Assembly (NCBI GenBank): GCA_017937135.1
Contig: JAGBEE010000003.1
Coordinates: 8,637-72,636 of the forward strand
Length of the DNA: 64,000 nucleotides
Origin: Clostridia bacterium
GTDB taxonomy: Bacteria; Bacillota; Clostridia; Oscillospirales; CAG-272
Direction: 5' to 3'
The notes below the pieces were generated by a model that was not told where the DNA came from, searched no databases, and was given only the letters and a program-made list of their open reading frames with translations. This document shows, piece after piece, positions 26,701-36,085 of this stretch. The stretch's first letter is position 1, and each line of letters begins with the position of its first letter. Made by a program: the position numbers and the translations under genes.

Positions 26701-29700
26701 ACACAGGATTACAATTTAAAGAACAATACAGAGTACACAGTTAAGCTCGTTGGCTATCTTGACTACGAGGACGGTGGACTTGACAGCAACCTAAAGAACA
26801 CCTTTAAGTTCCCGCTTGTTGCCGACTTCGAGGCTCCATCTGTAACAGACTGCGAATTCTATACAGAATACGACAGCGACCTTGATAAAACACGTCTTTT
26901 TGTAAGACTTGCAGTGTACGATAACCATTATTCAATGGGTATGCAAATCGGTTATATTTCAAATGAAAAGGAATTTTTACCATTTGAAACATATATGGTT
27001 CCAATTTACTCCGAGCGTAATGGTACAACATACGTTGAGTATGAAATTACTGACTTTATCTACGATATAAAGAATAATTCCTTTGAAAACGACTTTTCAG
27101 GTAAGCATATGTTTAATTCTATTGCAGTTGTAGCGTACGACTATGCGCTCAACCTTGCAACCTACGAAATAGGCTTGCCAGATGAGTTCCAAAGATTCTA
27201 TTTTGAAAGCACAGAAATTACACTTAGCAAAAACGAGGTTCACACCTTAAAGCCACTTGCTTATCCAAGCACAGAATGGCCAGAGCTTCTTCAGTTTACA
27301 AGCTCCAACACCAACGTTGCTAAGGTAGTAAACAATAAGGTAATTGCAATTGCCAAGGGTATGGCTGAGATTACAGCAAAGGATCCAAGGACAGGACAAG
27401 AGGAGAAAATGACCATCACCGTCTTAGACCAAGGGGACGAGGGCTGGGTAGAGTACGACAAGCCAATTGCCGACGTGTTCAAGGTAACACAGTACACAAC
27501 TCTAAAGGCATACTTTATTTTGGACAATAACGAAAGAGAAATAGGAACAACAGGCGACGTAACAATATTCGGTAGTGGCAAGGGCTATCACTTAACCCTT
27601 TACCCATCAGAATCCGTTGACCTTGATTACAAGCTTGATGCATACTTCCCAGGCACGAAGGTGACCTTCGAGTCAGGTGATGAGGACATCGTTACAGTTG
27701 ATGAAAACGGTGTTGTAGTTGCTAAGGGAGAGGGCTCATCAGTAATTATGGTAACAGTAAGCCTTGAGGACTCCTACGAAACACTTTCACAAGCAATAAG
27801 CGTTGAGGTTAAGGACCCGTTCGTTACAACTGCACCTCAGCTTACACACTACTATGGTAATGGTGGCTTTGTAGAAATTCCTAAAGAGCTTCTACTTACC
27901 GAAATCGGACAATTTGCATTCTCTAACTTCGATTATGTAATGAAGACACCCGAGGAGCTATTAGAGGACGACCAGTCACTTACAAAGATGGCACCTATTG
28001 GTGATAACACAATTACAAAGGTAGTAATTCCAGAGGGCGTCAAGAAAATAGGCCCGTACGCCTTCGCAAAGCTCACAGCACTTAAGGAGGTAGTTCTTCC
28101 ATCAACCCTTGAGGCTATTGAGTACAATGCATTTGAGGGCTGTACAGCATTAAAGACAGTTAAGGGCTTAGAAAACGTTAAGCTCATTAACAGCTCAGCC
28201 TTCTATAACTGTAATCTCACAGGTACAATTTCTCTTGACTCAGCATGCGCAGTTGGAGATTTTGCATTTGCAGGCAACAAAAAGCTTGAGGGCGTTGTGG
28301 TTTCCTCAACCCTTCAATCAATAGGTGGATATGCCTTTGCAAACGACGAAGCGCTTAAAAATGTAACAGTTAACGCAGAAATAGTTAAGTATGGTCCATA
28401 CGTATTTAGTGGCTGTACTTCACTTGAAAAGATAACAATGAACGCAAACGTAATTCCTGAGGGCGCGTTCTATGGTGCAACCAAGCTAAGCGACGTAACA
28501 ATAGGTAAGGATGTTACCTCAATTGGAGAGTTTGCATTTGCAGGCACTAAGGTTAGTGAATTTAAGCTTGAAAAGGGCAACACAGCATACAAGGTATCAG
28601 CTGACAAGAAATATCTTGTTACAAGCGATGGTAAGACACTTGTTTTAGTTGTTCCAACCTATACGGGCGAGTTTAAGCTTGCTGACAAGAATATTACAAC
28701 AATAGGTAAGGGCGCATTTATTGACAATGCAGAAATTACCTTAATAGAAATACCAAGCGTAACTAAGGTTGAAGCCTATGCCTTTGCATATTGTGACAAT
28801 CTCACAAGCGTTAAGCTTGGTGAGCTTGACTACATCGGTGAATACGCATACTTTGATAGTGCTATAACCGAGCTTCCTTCCTTAAATAAGATAAAGAGCA
28901 TTAGTAAATACGCATTCGGCTTTACTGATATTACCTCTGTACAAATTGCAAACGGAGTAGTTATAGCAGAGGGAGCCTTCTGCGAGTGCGCTAAGCTCGC
29001 AAGCATAGTAATAGGCGACGATGTGGTTATTGGCGATAGCGCATTTATGCTTTCAAGAAATAACAACTCACAGCTTGTTCTTGACGAAACAAGTCCTGTT
29101 GATAAGTTCTACTACTATGATTACACATCAGCACTAACAAGCCTTAAAATAGGAAAAAATGTAGTTATTGGCAGTAGCGCATTTATGGGCGCTTCAAAGC
29201 TTACAGTACTTGAGCTTGGAGAGGGCGCAAAAATAGGAGATAAAGCATTCTTTAGTGCTTGTAGCCTTGAAAGCGTTGACCTTTCTAAGGTAATATCTAT
29301 TGGCGAGGATGCATTCTCTGGCGACGTTGGATATACATATCTTAACGTGGACCGTACTGTAATCAGAACGGATGATGAGGGATATCCAATTTATTACTAC
29401 TACACACCTAAGCTTGAGGTAATCGACCTATCAAGCCTCGAAAGCATCGGAAATACAGCATTCCGTTACTGCTTGAGCTTGAAAGAGGTTAAATTCGGCG
29501 ATAAGCTTGAAAAGATTTCAAATGAAGCCTTCTACTACTGTACATCACTTGAAAAGGTTGATTTTGGCGCAGTTAACAAAATAGGCGAAAGCGTATTCGC
29601 ACTTAGCGCTCTTAAGAAAATAGACCTTTCAAGCGTTATAGAAATTGGCAAGTATGCATTCGTTGAAAGCTATGAGCTTGAAGAGGTGACACTTAATCAA

Positions 29701-31011
29701 AACGGAACAAGCGTAATTGGCGAGGGTGCATTTGGATATTGTAAAAAGCTCTCAAAGGTAAATAATCTTAATAAGGTACAGAATTTTGATGCATATGCAT
29801 TTGCATATACAGAAATCACGTCAGCCAACTTAGAGGAAGCTGTAAGCATTGGCGACCACGTATTTATGAAGGAAAATCTTACCGACTTTGATATTAAGCT
29901 TGGAAATAAGCTTGTAGCACTTGGTGACAACCCATTTGCTAACTGCAAGCTTCAACCATTCTTTATTGAGGAGAAGGAAACCTTTAGGGACGAGGTAGTA
30001 AATACAATAAAGATTTACACCTACGATATAAGCGACACAGTTCACGTAATTGATGGCTCACTTTACTGCGAGGTGCCAAGAGGCTTAGAGCTTATAGCCT
30101 ATGCAGGAATTGACCCAACAAACGTAATAGTAGCTGATAACACAGTAAGAGTAACTGCATACGCCTTTGCTGGCTCTGATGTAGTAAGAGTAACACTTCC
30201 GCACACTCTAAGAGGCGTTGGACATATGGCGTTTATCGACTGCGACAAGCTCCAAATGGTAGCGTTTAAGAGCTTTTTTGCTCCTAACCTTGAGGAGGAG
30301 TTCGACCCAACCTACTATGATACCTACGAAAACTTTGCAGGTACAGGTGATTTCGTAATCGAATTTACAAACGGATACAAGGTAGAGAGTGACGGTCTTG
30401 GCATAGTTCCTTACTATATGTGGAACCTTACTGATACAACCTACTCAAATGTATTCTATGGAGCTAACTTTGTAAACAGAATAGGTCACGGTAATCCTGA
30501 GCTTCTTATGATAAGACCGGTTAACGGAAAATACTATGACTCATTCATTTACGACCAATACTTCGGTATGACCTTTGATGGTATAGTAGCGCCTGATGAT
30601 ATTACAATGGCAGCAATAGATGCTATTAACAAAATACCTGATATGGCTTCATTGACTCTTGAGCACAAGCCGTTAGTTGAGGCTGCAAGAGCAGCATACA
30701 ACAAAATAGCAACCTACGACCAAATGGCGCTTGTCACAAACTATCAAAAGCTTATAGATGCTGAGGGTGTTATGTTGGCGCTTGAGGGAGAAAAGCCTAC
30801 TGAGCCAACACCAGAGGAGCCATTCGACCCAACACCGCTTCTAATTACCTTAGTAGTAGTTCTTGGAGTAATGGTTGTTGGTGGCACAGTATGTGCAATA
30901 TTTGCAGTACGCTACGTGCTTAAAAGAAAGAAATTGACCTTAGGTCAAGCTATAAAAAAGGTTTTTAGTAAAATCTTTAAGAAAAAGAAAAAACAAGAGG
31001 TAAACGAATAA
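23782..31011 (+). CDS. Giant cell-envelope subtilisin-like (S8) serine protease fused to BspA-type leucine-rich repeats, with a C-terminal TM anchor
   Basis: 2409 aa. The features, in order: a signal/anchor; an I9-like propeptide; catalytic VAVLDTGLDYTH (Asp), HNNHGTHVSG (His) and SGTSMACPNLAG (Ser); a PA-domain insert (GKIALVRRGSNTFEEKA...IGLIVYNN); Big_2-like segments; about 800 aa of LRR_5-type repeats (IGxxAFxxCxxLxxV); and a terminal TM helix with a KRKK tail. Confidence 0.9.
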   Translation: MRKKALTRITTAVVAVIMLVAILLSVTMSVFGNGSVYDPSFMKQGQLNFDPSKYFDGSVVYQLPSGVKDDDEISVIVQLGNEALLDAYNKTDKEITFSEFVYTKEAEAIKQEIASEKNSILATLKEKEIAYKAGADYSAVMSGFEIVITAKDFKDVCLSLGDGASAILGEVYKVAETELVENKVNVYETGIFNSAGYKYDGSGMVVAVLDTGLDYTHSAFSVNNFTSNKLGLNKADVAKLIASTKASTLVEGLGVDDVFVNNKVPFSFDYADNDSDVYSLHNNHGTHVSGVIVGKDDTITGVAPNAQLVSMKIFSDTQDSARSAWILSALEDCVILGVDVINMSLGTACGFSRESDEEKITGVYDKIRAQGISLIVAASNSFSSAYGSEKNGNLGLTSNPDTSTVGSPSTYEGAMSVASISGVKTPYLLYNGKIVYFLESTDSSTEEKKFVEEILPEGVTEKEFEYVVIPGVGREADYAGIDIKGKIALVRRGSNTFEEKANAALASGAIGLIVYNNISGDIRMNVGTTKLPVISISQVDGEELAKAGNGKIKISTEQSSGPFMSDFSSWGPSPSLGIKPEITAHGGNILSSVTGGGYDRLSGTSMACPNLAGVVILLRQHVMDKYPNIKNDPVKVNALVNNLLMSTADIIFNKNGLPYAVRKQGAGLANLVSATNTPAYILTYNREDNSVMDKTKIELGDDPTKSGVYTLNFSVVNTGNESLTYALGAYVMTEGVSDVKTHKGDTTVTEEGYILDGAEITFEVTNATKDGDEIIVEAGKSANVKVTIKLTDENKKYLDTSFANGMYVEGFVTLKAESGTDIDLNVPYLAFYGDWAQAPMLDLDYFETNKDELNDSIETLDKTLPDAYATRPIGGIYDDYVSYLGSYYFMQNPNNKVISANRDYIALSNQEGTVHSLRFVWAGMLRNASKIEISITDDATGEVIFTCVDEDVRKSYGDGGSYLYPANVEIEFDTQDYNLKNNTEYTVKLVGYLDYEDGGLDSNLKNTFKFPLVADFEAPSVTDCEFYTEYDSDLDKTRLFVRLAVYDNHYSMGMQIGYISNEKEFLPFETYMVPIYSERNGTTYVEYEITDFIYDIKNNSFENDFSGKHMFNSIAVVAYDYALNLATYEIGLPDEFQRFYFESTEITLSKNEVHTLKPLAYPSTEWPELLQFTSSNTNVAKVVNNKVIAIAKGMAEITAKDPRTGQEEKMTITVLDQGDEGWVEYDKPIADVFKVTQYTTLKAYFILDNNEREIGTTGDVTIFGSGKGYHLTLYPSESVDLDYKLDAYFPGTKVTFESGDEDIVTVDENGVVVAKGEGSSVIMVTVSLEDSYETLSQAISVEVKDPFVTTAPQLTHYYGNGGFVEIPKELLLTEIGQFAFSNFDYVMKTPEELLEDDQSLTKMAPIGDNTITKVVIPEGVKKIGPYAFAKLTALKEVVLPSTLEAIEYNAFEGCTALKTVKGLENVKLINSSAFYNCNLTGTISLDSACAVGDFAFAGNKKLEGVVVSSTLQSIGGYAFANDEALKNVTVNAEIVKYGPYVFSGCTSLEKITMNANVIPEGAFYGATKLSDVTIGKDVTSIGEFAFAGTKVSEFKLEKGNTAYKVSADKKYLVTSDGKTLVLVVPTYTGEFKLADKNITTIGKGAFIDNAEITLIEIPSVTKVEAYAFAYCDNLTSVKLGELDYIGEYAYFDSAITELPSLNKIKSISKYAFGFTDITSVQIANGVVIAEGAFCECAKLASIVIGDDVVIGDSAFMLSRNNNSQLVLDETSPVDKFYYYDYTSALTSLKIGKNVVIGSSAFMGASKLTVLELGEGAKIGDKAFFSACSLESVDLSKVISIGEDAFSGDVGYTYLNVDRTVIRTDDEGYPIYYYYTPKLEVIDLSSLESIGNTAFRYCLSLKEVKFGDKLEKISNEAFYYCTSLEKVDFGAVNKIGESVFALSALKKIDLSSVIEIGKYAFVESYELEEVTLNQNGTSVIGEGAFGYCKKLSKVNNLNKVQNFDAYAFAYTEITSANLEEAVSIGDHVFMKENLTDFDIKLGNKLVALGDNPFANCKLQPFFIEEKETFRDEVVNTIKIYTYDISDTVHVIDGSLYCEVPRGLELIAYAGIDPTNVIVADNTVRVTAYAFAGSDVVRVTLPHTLRGVGHMAFIDCDKLQMVAFKSFFAPNLEEEFDPTYYDTYENFAGTGDFVIEFTNGYKVESDGLGIVPYYMWNLTDTTYSNVFYGANFVNRIGHGNPELLMIRPVNGKYYDSFIYDQYFGMTFDGIVAPDDITMAAIDAINKIPDMASLTLEHKPLVEAARAAYNKIATYDQMALVTNYQKLIDAEGVMLALEGEKPTEPTPEEPFDPTPLLITLVVVLGVMVVGGTVCAIFAVRYVLKRKKLTLGQAIKKVFSKIFKKKKKQEVNE

Positions 31012-31082
31012 TTATGGGCAAAAATGTCGAGGTGCAATAGCGCCTCGGCACTCCCCAGAAGAAGGAGGATGCGAATACAAAA

Positions 31083-32432
31083 ATGAATAGAAAAATAAAA
31101 ATACTCATAGTAGCGCTTATGATTTTGCTCGTAGCGGTATTCGTTGCTTCTTGCTCGGATAATCCATACGAGAATAATGATGAAAACGGATACACGGTAA
31201 GCGTGAAATTTGACGCAAACGGTGGTGCATTCACTACAAACACAACAAGAATTACATATTCTTATGATATTTCTAAATTAAAGACAAACAAAAATGGCAA
31301 GAAGGAAATATCACTTATCGCTCCCGAGGATGAGGATAACGGTAAATCAGGAACATTTACCGCATCAAACCCAGGCTATTTCTTGGCAGGCTGGTACACA
31401 GAAAGAACACCTCTTACCGACGAAAATGGCAAGGAAATAGAGGGAGCATACAAATATTCGGGCAGATGGGACTTTGAAAATGGCAAGCTTGAAATTGACC
31501 CAAATAAGACCCACACCTCAAGCGAGTCCGTAATTACACTCTACGCAGGCTGGATTCCCGAATTTGCATACGAGTTTTATGATGTTGACAGTGGGGAGAA
31601 GGTTGGAGACTACAAGTTTAACCCTGTCCTAACCGACTCGACACTTGTAGTTCCTACATGGGATGCCGAAACAGGAACGCTTACAATGGGCAAATTCCCC
31701 AAGGTAACAGGAAAGACCCTTGAAAAGATTTATTTTGACAAGGCAGGGGAAAATAACGTAAGCGACAAGGTTACCCATCACGGAACATACGACCTTGACA
31801 ATCTCACATCCGAAAATGGTATAATGAAGCTTTACATTGACTACAAGGATGGCGAGTGGTACAAGATTTATAATTTATCGCAATTTTTAACAAACGCAAG
31901 CACAAATGGCTCATACGAAATTTATGCCGACCTTGATTTTAATGAGGTTGTTTGGCCATCAGTATTCACAAGTGGCACATACACAGGAAAAATCATAGGT
32001 AACGGACATACAATTTCAAACGTTTCAATTGAGCAGACAGACAAGAGCAATATCTATTTTGGTATGTTCGGTCAGCTTGCCTCAAGGGCTTCAATAGAAA
32101 ACCTTAATATCACGGGTGCTAAGCTTACAATAGCAGGCGGTAGCCGTTTCCACGATGCTGGATTTGGTCTTTTAGCAGGTAGCATTGCAAGCGAAGCAAC
32201 GTTAACTGGTGTTACAGTTACCGAGTCTAAGGTAGTTATAGACCCAGCCGACCTCGGCTTCCTATATGACGACTACTCACTTGGCTTGCTCTGTGGCGTT
32301 GGCTATGAAAACACAAATATAGATGTTTCTGGCATTACCTGTGAGGCTTTGGCAGATAAGTATGAAATTACAATTGCCACAGTTACAGTAAACGGTAACG
32401 AAATAAAGGTTACACTTGAAAGCGCATATTAA
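31083..32432 (+). CDS. Lipoprotein with a Listeria-Bacteroides-type repeat and a GLUG/beta-helix-like C-terminal region
   Basis: 449 aa. Lipobox FVASC. YTVSVKFDANGGAF repeat signature. C-terminal GNGHTISNVSI...FGLLAGSI pattern. Confidence 0.7.
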   Translation: MNRKIKILIVALMILLVAVFVASCSDNPYENNDENGYTVSVKFDANGGAFTTNTTRITYSYDISKLKTNKNGKKEISLIAPEDEDNGKSGTFTASNPGYFLAGWYTERTPLTDENGKEIEGAYKYSGRWDFENGKLEIDPNKTHTSSESVITLYAGWIPEFAYEFYDVDSGEKVGDYKFNPVLTDSTLVVPTWDAETGTLTMGKFPKVTGKTLEKIYFDKAGENNVSDKVTHHGTYDLDNLTSENGIMKLYIDYKDGEWYKIYNLSQFLTNASTNGSYEIYADLDFNEVVWPSVFTSGTYTGKIIGNGHTISNVSIEQTDKSNIYFGMFGQLASRASIENLNITGAKLTIAGGSRFHDAGFGLLAGSIASEATLTGVTVTESKVVIDPADLGFLYDDYSLGLLCGVGYENTNIDVSGITCEALADKYEITIATVTVNGNEIKVTLESAY

Positions 32433-32475
32433 ATTGCTTATTAAATTAAGATAAATAGATTAAGGAGAAAACAAA

Positions 32476-35076
32476 ATGAAAAAGAGAATTCTTGCTTTGA
32501 TACTCTGCATAGTAATGTGCATGGGTACGGTTGCACTCTTCTCAAGCTGCGGTGGTGATAGCGATGCGTTCGTTATTATGTCCGAGGAGCTTGACGGACT
32601 TTTTAATCCGTTCTACGCAACCACAGGTCCTGACAATACTATCGTATCAATGACACAAATCGGTATGGTTACATCTAAGTATGTAAACGGTAAGGTTGAG
32701 GTAGCCTATGGTGATAACGAGGCAGTTGTTACTAAGGATTATCAATCCAAATACGACGCAACAGCAGGAACAGACGGAAAGGGACAAACAACCTTTACCT
32801 ATGTTCTTAAAAACGGAATTAAGTTTTCCGACGGAAAGCCCCTTACAATGAAGGACGTGCTTTTCAACCTTTACGTATATCTTGACCCTGTATATACAGG
32901 CTCATCAACAATGTATTCAACTGCAATTGTAGGTCTTAACGAATACAGAACACAAACAAAGGGTGGCACAAGCGGTGACGAGCAAATCACTAACCAAGCA
33001 ACAGGTCTTGCAAAGAACCGTATTAACGAGCTTAAAAACCTCTTTAACACCTTTGAAACAAAGCCTGGCTCAGGTACATACAAGGCAGACTATGAAACAA
33101 TGAAGGCTGCTATTCTTAAGCACAATCTTTCAAAGCTTTATATGCAAGCAGTTTCTGGCGAAAACATAACAAACGAACAGCTTCTTAAGGATTACGACTA
33201 CACATTGAAGCTCTTTAGAGAGGAGCTTGAAAGAGACTACGTAACAGCTCAAAGCTCATACACAGAGGAGCCATACAAGTCACACGAGGAGTTTAAGGAC
33301 GAGATAACCTGCTTTATGACACTCGAGGGCTATGTAGAAATCACATGGGGCGCAGACAAAAATGGCGTTCCTAACAAGGACAAGTCAAAGATAGAGAGCA
33401 TTAAGCTCGGCTATAACCCTGACACAATAAAGACAAAGGAAGATGCTATTAACCACGTTTATAACGACATAGTATCTACAAAGCTCAATCAAATTCTTGA
33501 ATACTGGGCAACAGCTACAACACTCTTGACAGAGTACACAGCAGAGGCTAAGGAGGTTATCCTTCATAACAAGGCAGGCGCTGACGGAAAATTAAATGTT
33601 GAAAGCATTTCAGGTATCGTTTCACTTGGTCACCACACAGACGTAAAAGAGGTTGAGGTAAACGGTAAGAAATATAAGGTTGCAAGAGAATTCAATGCAG
33701 ACGGCACACCTAAGAATGCAGATGAGTATGAGGTATTACAAATTACCATTTCTGGTAAGGACCCTAAGGCTCAATGGAACTTTGCATTCTCAGTAGCACC
33801 TCAGCACTACTATGGTGAGGGTAGCTCAGTTGGAATTAACCTTGCTAAGCACCAATATGGCGTTGAGTTTGGTAAATATTCCTTTATGACAAAGATTGTA
33901 CAATCTCCAAGAAACATTAAGGTACCTGTAGGTGCAGGTGCTTACAAGGCAACAGACCGTGAAAACAACGACAATCCAGCAGGTGACGCATTCTACTCAG
34001 ATAAGGTAGTTTACTTCAAGGCAAACGACCAATTCTATACAGTAGGAAGCGGACTTCACAACGCAAAAATTGAAAAAATTCGTTATCAGGTAATTCCTGC
34101 AAACGATGCAATACAAATGCTCGAAAAGGGCTCTGTTCACTACATCACTCCACAGCTTACAACAGAGAACTACAAAAAGCTCAAGGACATGGACGGTAAT
34201 GGATATAGCTATATCCTTGAGGATCAGCTCGGCTATGGTTATATCGGTATTAACGCAAGCGAAATACCAAACATCAATATTCGTAAGGCTATTATGAGCG
34301 CAATGAATACAACTCTTGCTCTCAACTACTACTCAGCGGGTACAGCATCACAGATTTACTATCCAATGTCAACAGTAAGCTGGGCGCACCCTGTTGATGA
34401 TAAGGGTAACCCACTCACAAAAAACGGAGCAGGCTATCCACAGGTAAATAATAAATTTATCGAATCAGTAGCAATAAACAAAATCAAGGAATATATGAAG
34501 GCAGCAGGAGTTAGCGAGGGAGATCCATCACTTGAAATCACATTTACAATTGCAGGCTCTAACCTTCAAGACCACCCAACCTACGAAACCTTCAGAGACG
34601 CAGCAGCGCTTCTTAACAGCCTTGGCTGGCAGGTAACAGTAGTTCCAGATACACAAGCACTCACAAAGCTTGCAACAGGCTCACTTGCAGTTTGGGCAGC
34701 AGCTTGGGGCTCAACAATAGACCCTGATATGTATCAGGTTTACCACAAGAACTCATCAGCAACAAGCACACTTGCATGGGGCTATCCTTCAATCAAGACA
34801 AGTGGTAGCGCAGAGGAAAAGAAAATCCTTAACGAGCTTAGTAAGCTAATTGACGATGCAAGAAAGGTTCTTAACGAGGAGGAGCGTGCACCTATTTACA
34901 AGCAAGCAATGGAAAAGGTGCTTGAGCTTGCTATTGAGCTTCCTGTATATCAACGTAGCGTAGTTTACGCATACAATTCAGATGTAATTAACTCATCATC
35001 CTTGCCAGAGGCAAGAAACCCATACTCATCACCACTTGATAGAATTTGGGAAATTGAATTTGTAAACGCGGAGTAA
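32476..35076 (+). CDS. Oversized family-5 (peptide/nickel, OppA/DppA-like) ABC substrate-binding lipoprotein
   Basis: 866 aa. Lipobox LFSSC. SBP_bac_5-type segments (FKFSDGKPLTMKDVLFN..., GYGYIGINA..., DPDMYQVYH). Confidence 0.8.
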   Translation: MKKRILALILCIVMCMGTVALFSSCGGDSDAFVIMSEELDGLFNPFYATTGPDNTIVSMTQIGMVTSKYVNGKVEVAYGDNEAVVTKDYQSKYDATAGTDGKGQTTFTYVLKNGIKFSDGKPLTMKDVLFNLYVYLDPVYTGSSTMYSTAIVGLNEYRTQTKGGTSGDEQITNQATGLAKNRINELKNLFNTFETKPGSGTYKADYETMKAAILKHNLSKLYMQAVSGENITNEQLLKDYDYTLKLFREELERDYVTAQSSYTEEPYKSHEEFKDEITCFMTLEGYVEITWGADKNGVPNKDKSKIESIKLGYNPDTIKTKEDAINHVYNDIVSTKLNQILEYWATATTLLTEYTAEAKEVILHNKAGADGKLNVESISGIVSLGHHTDVKEVEVNGKKYKVAREFNADGTPKNADEYEVLQITISGKDPKAQWNFAFSVAPQHYYGEGSSVGINLAKHQYGVEFGKYSFMTKIVQSPRNIKVPVGAGAYKATDRENNDNPAGDAFYSDKVVYFKANDQFYTVGSGLHNAKIEKIRYQVIPANDAIQMLEKGSVHYITPQLTTENYKKLKDMDGNGYSYILEDQLGYGYIGINASEIPNINIRKAIMSAMNTTLALNYYSAGTASQIYYPMSTVSWAHPVDDKGNPLTKNGAGYPQVNNKFIESVAINKIKEYMKAAGVSEGDPSLEITFTIAGSNLQDHPTYETFRDAAALLNSLGWQVTVVPDTQALTKLATGSLAVWAAAWGSTIDPDMYQVYHKNSSATSTLAWGYPSIKTSGSAEEKKILNELSKLIDDARKVLNEEERAPIYKQAMEKVLELAIELPVYQRSVVYAYNSDVINSSSLPEARNPYSSPLDRIWEIEFVNAE

Positions 35077-35082
35077 TAACCT

Positions 35083-36075
35083 ATGCTAAAATATATACTG
35101 AAAAGATTATTGCTTTCAGTTCTTATTTTGCTCGGTGTATCACTTATAATCTACTTCCTTATTCGTTTGATGCCTACAAGCTTCATTGACCAAAAGATTA
35201 ACGCAATGAACCAAGGTGGCGCAATAGTTACTGATGAAATGAAGCAGGCGCTATATGACACCTATGGTCTTGGCGACAATAGCTTTGGTGGCATTATTAA
35301 GGGATATGGAGAATGGCTGCTCAATATTTGTAAGTTTGACTTCGGTACAAGCTTTAAATATGGCCTTCCTGTAAACGAAGTAATCGTAAAGCATATGGGC
35401 ATATCCTTTATAGTCGCCCTTATTGCAACAATCTTTGAGTTTATGATAGCAATTCCGCTTGGTATCACAGCGGCAACGCATCAATACTCAATAAGAGACT
35501 ACGTTGTTACAATTCTTGTAATGATCGGTATTTCCTTGCCCTCATTCTTCTTCGGGCAAGCATTAAAGGGTATATTCTCGTATAATCTCGGCTGGTTCCC
35601 CGTTTCGGGAACCGTCGAGGCGGGAAGCTCGACGACGGGTATAGCCCTATTACTTGAATATGCTCACCATATGGTATTGCCGATTCTTACAATTATCATT
35701 CTTAGCATAGGACCAAGAATGAGAATGACAAGAACAAATATGCTTGAGGTGCTTAATGCAGATTATATTCGCACAGCACGTGCAAAGGGACTTAAAGAAA
35801 GTAAAGTAATAAACAAACACGCATTTCGTAATACACTAATTCCAATAGTTACTACTCTTGCAGGACTTTTACCATCACTATTCTCAGGTGCGATAATCAC
35901 TGAGCAGGTATTCGGTCTTGACGGTATTGGTAATATAGCTCTTAACGCGATGAACTCAGGAGATATTCCGTTTATAATGGGATACAATATGTTCTTAGCG
36001 CTTCTTAGCGTTGTCGGAGTACTATTATCAGACCTTATGTACGCAGTAGTTGACCCACGAGTTAAGCTTAGTTAG
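35083..36075 (+). CDS. ABC transporter permease (OppB/DppB-like)
   Basis: 330 aa, 6 TM, with the EAA-type loop YIRTARAKGLKESKVINKHAFRN. Confidence 0.9.
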   Translation: MLKYILKRLLLSVLILLGVSLIIYFLIRLMPTSFIDQKINAMNQGGAIVTDEMKQALYDTYGLGDNSFGGIIKGYGEWLLNICKFDFGTSFKYGLPVNEVIVKHMGISFIVALIATIFEFMIAIPLGITAATHQYSIRDYVVTILVMIGISLPSFFFGQALKGIFSYNLGWFPVSGTVEAGSSTTGIALLLEYAHHMVLPILTIIILSIGPRMRMTRTNMLEVLNADYIRTARAKGLKESKVINKHAFRNTLIPIVTTLAGLLPSLFSGAIITEQVFGLDGIGNIALNAMNSGDIPFIMGYNMFLALLSVVGVLLSDLMYAVVDPRVKLS

Positions 36076-36085
36076 GAGGGAGAAA

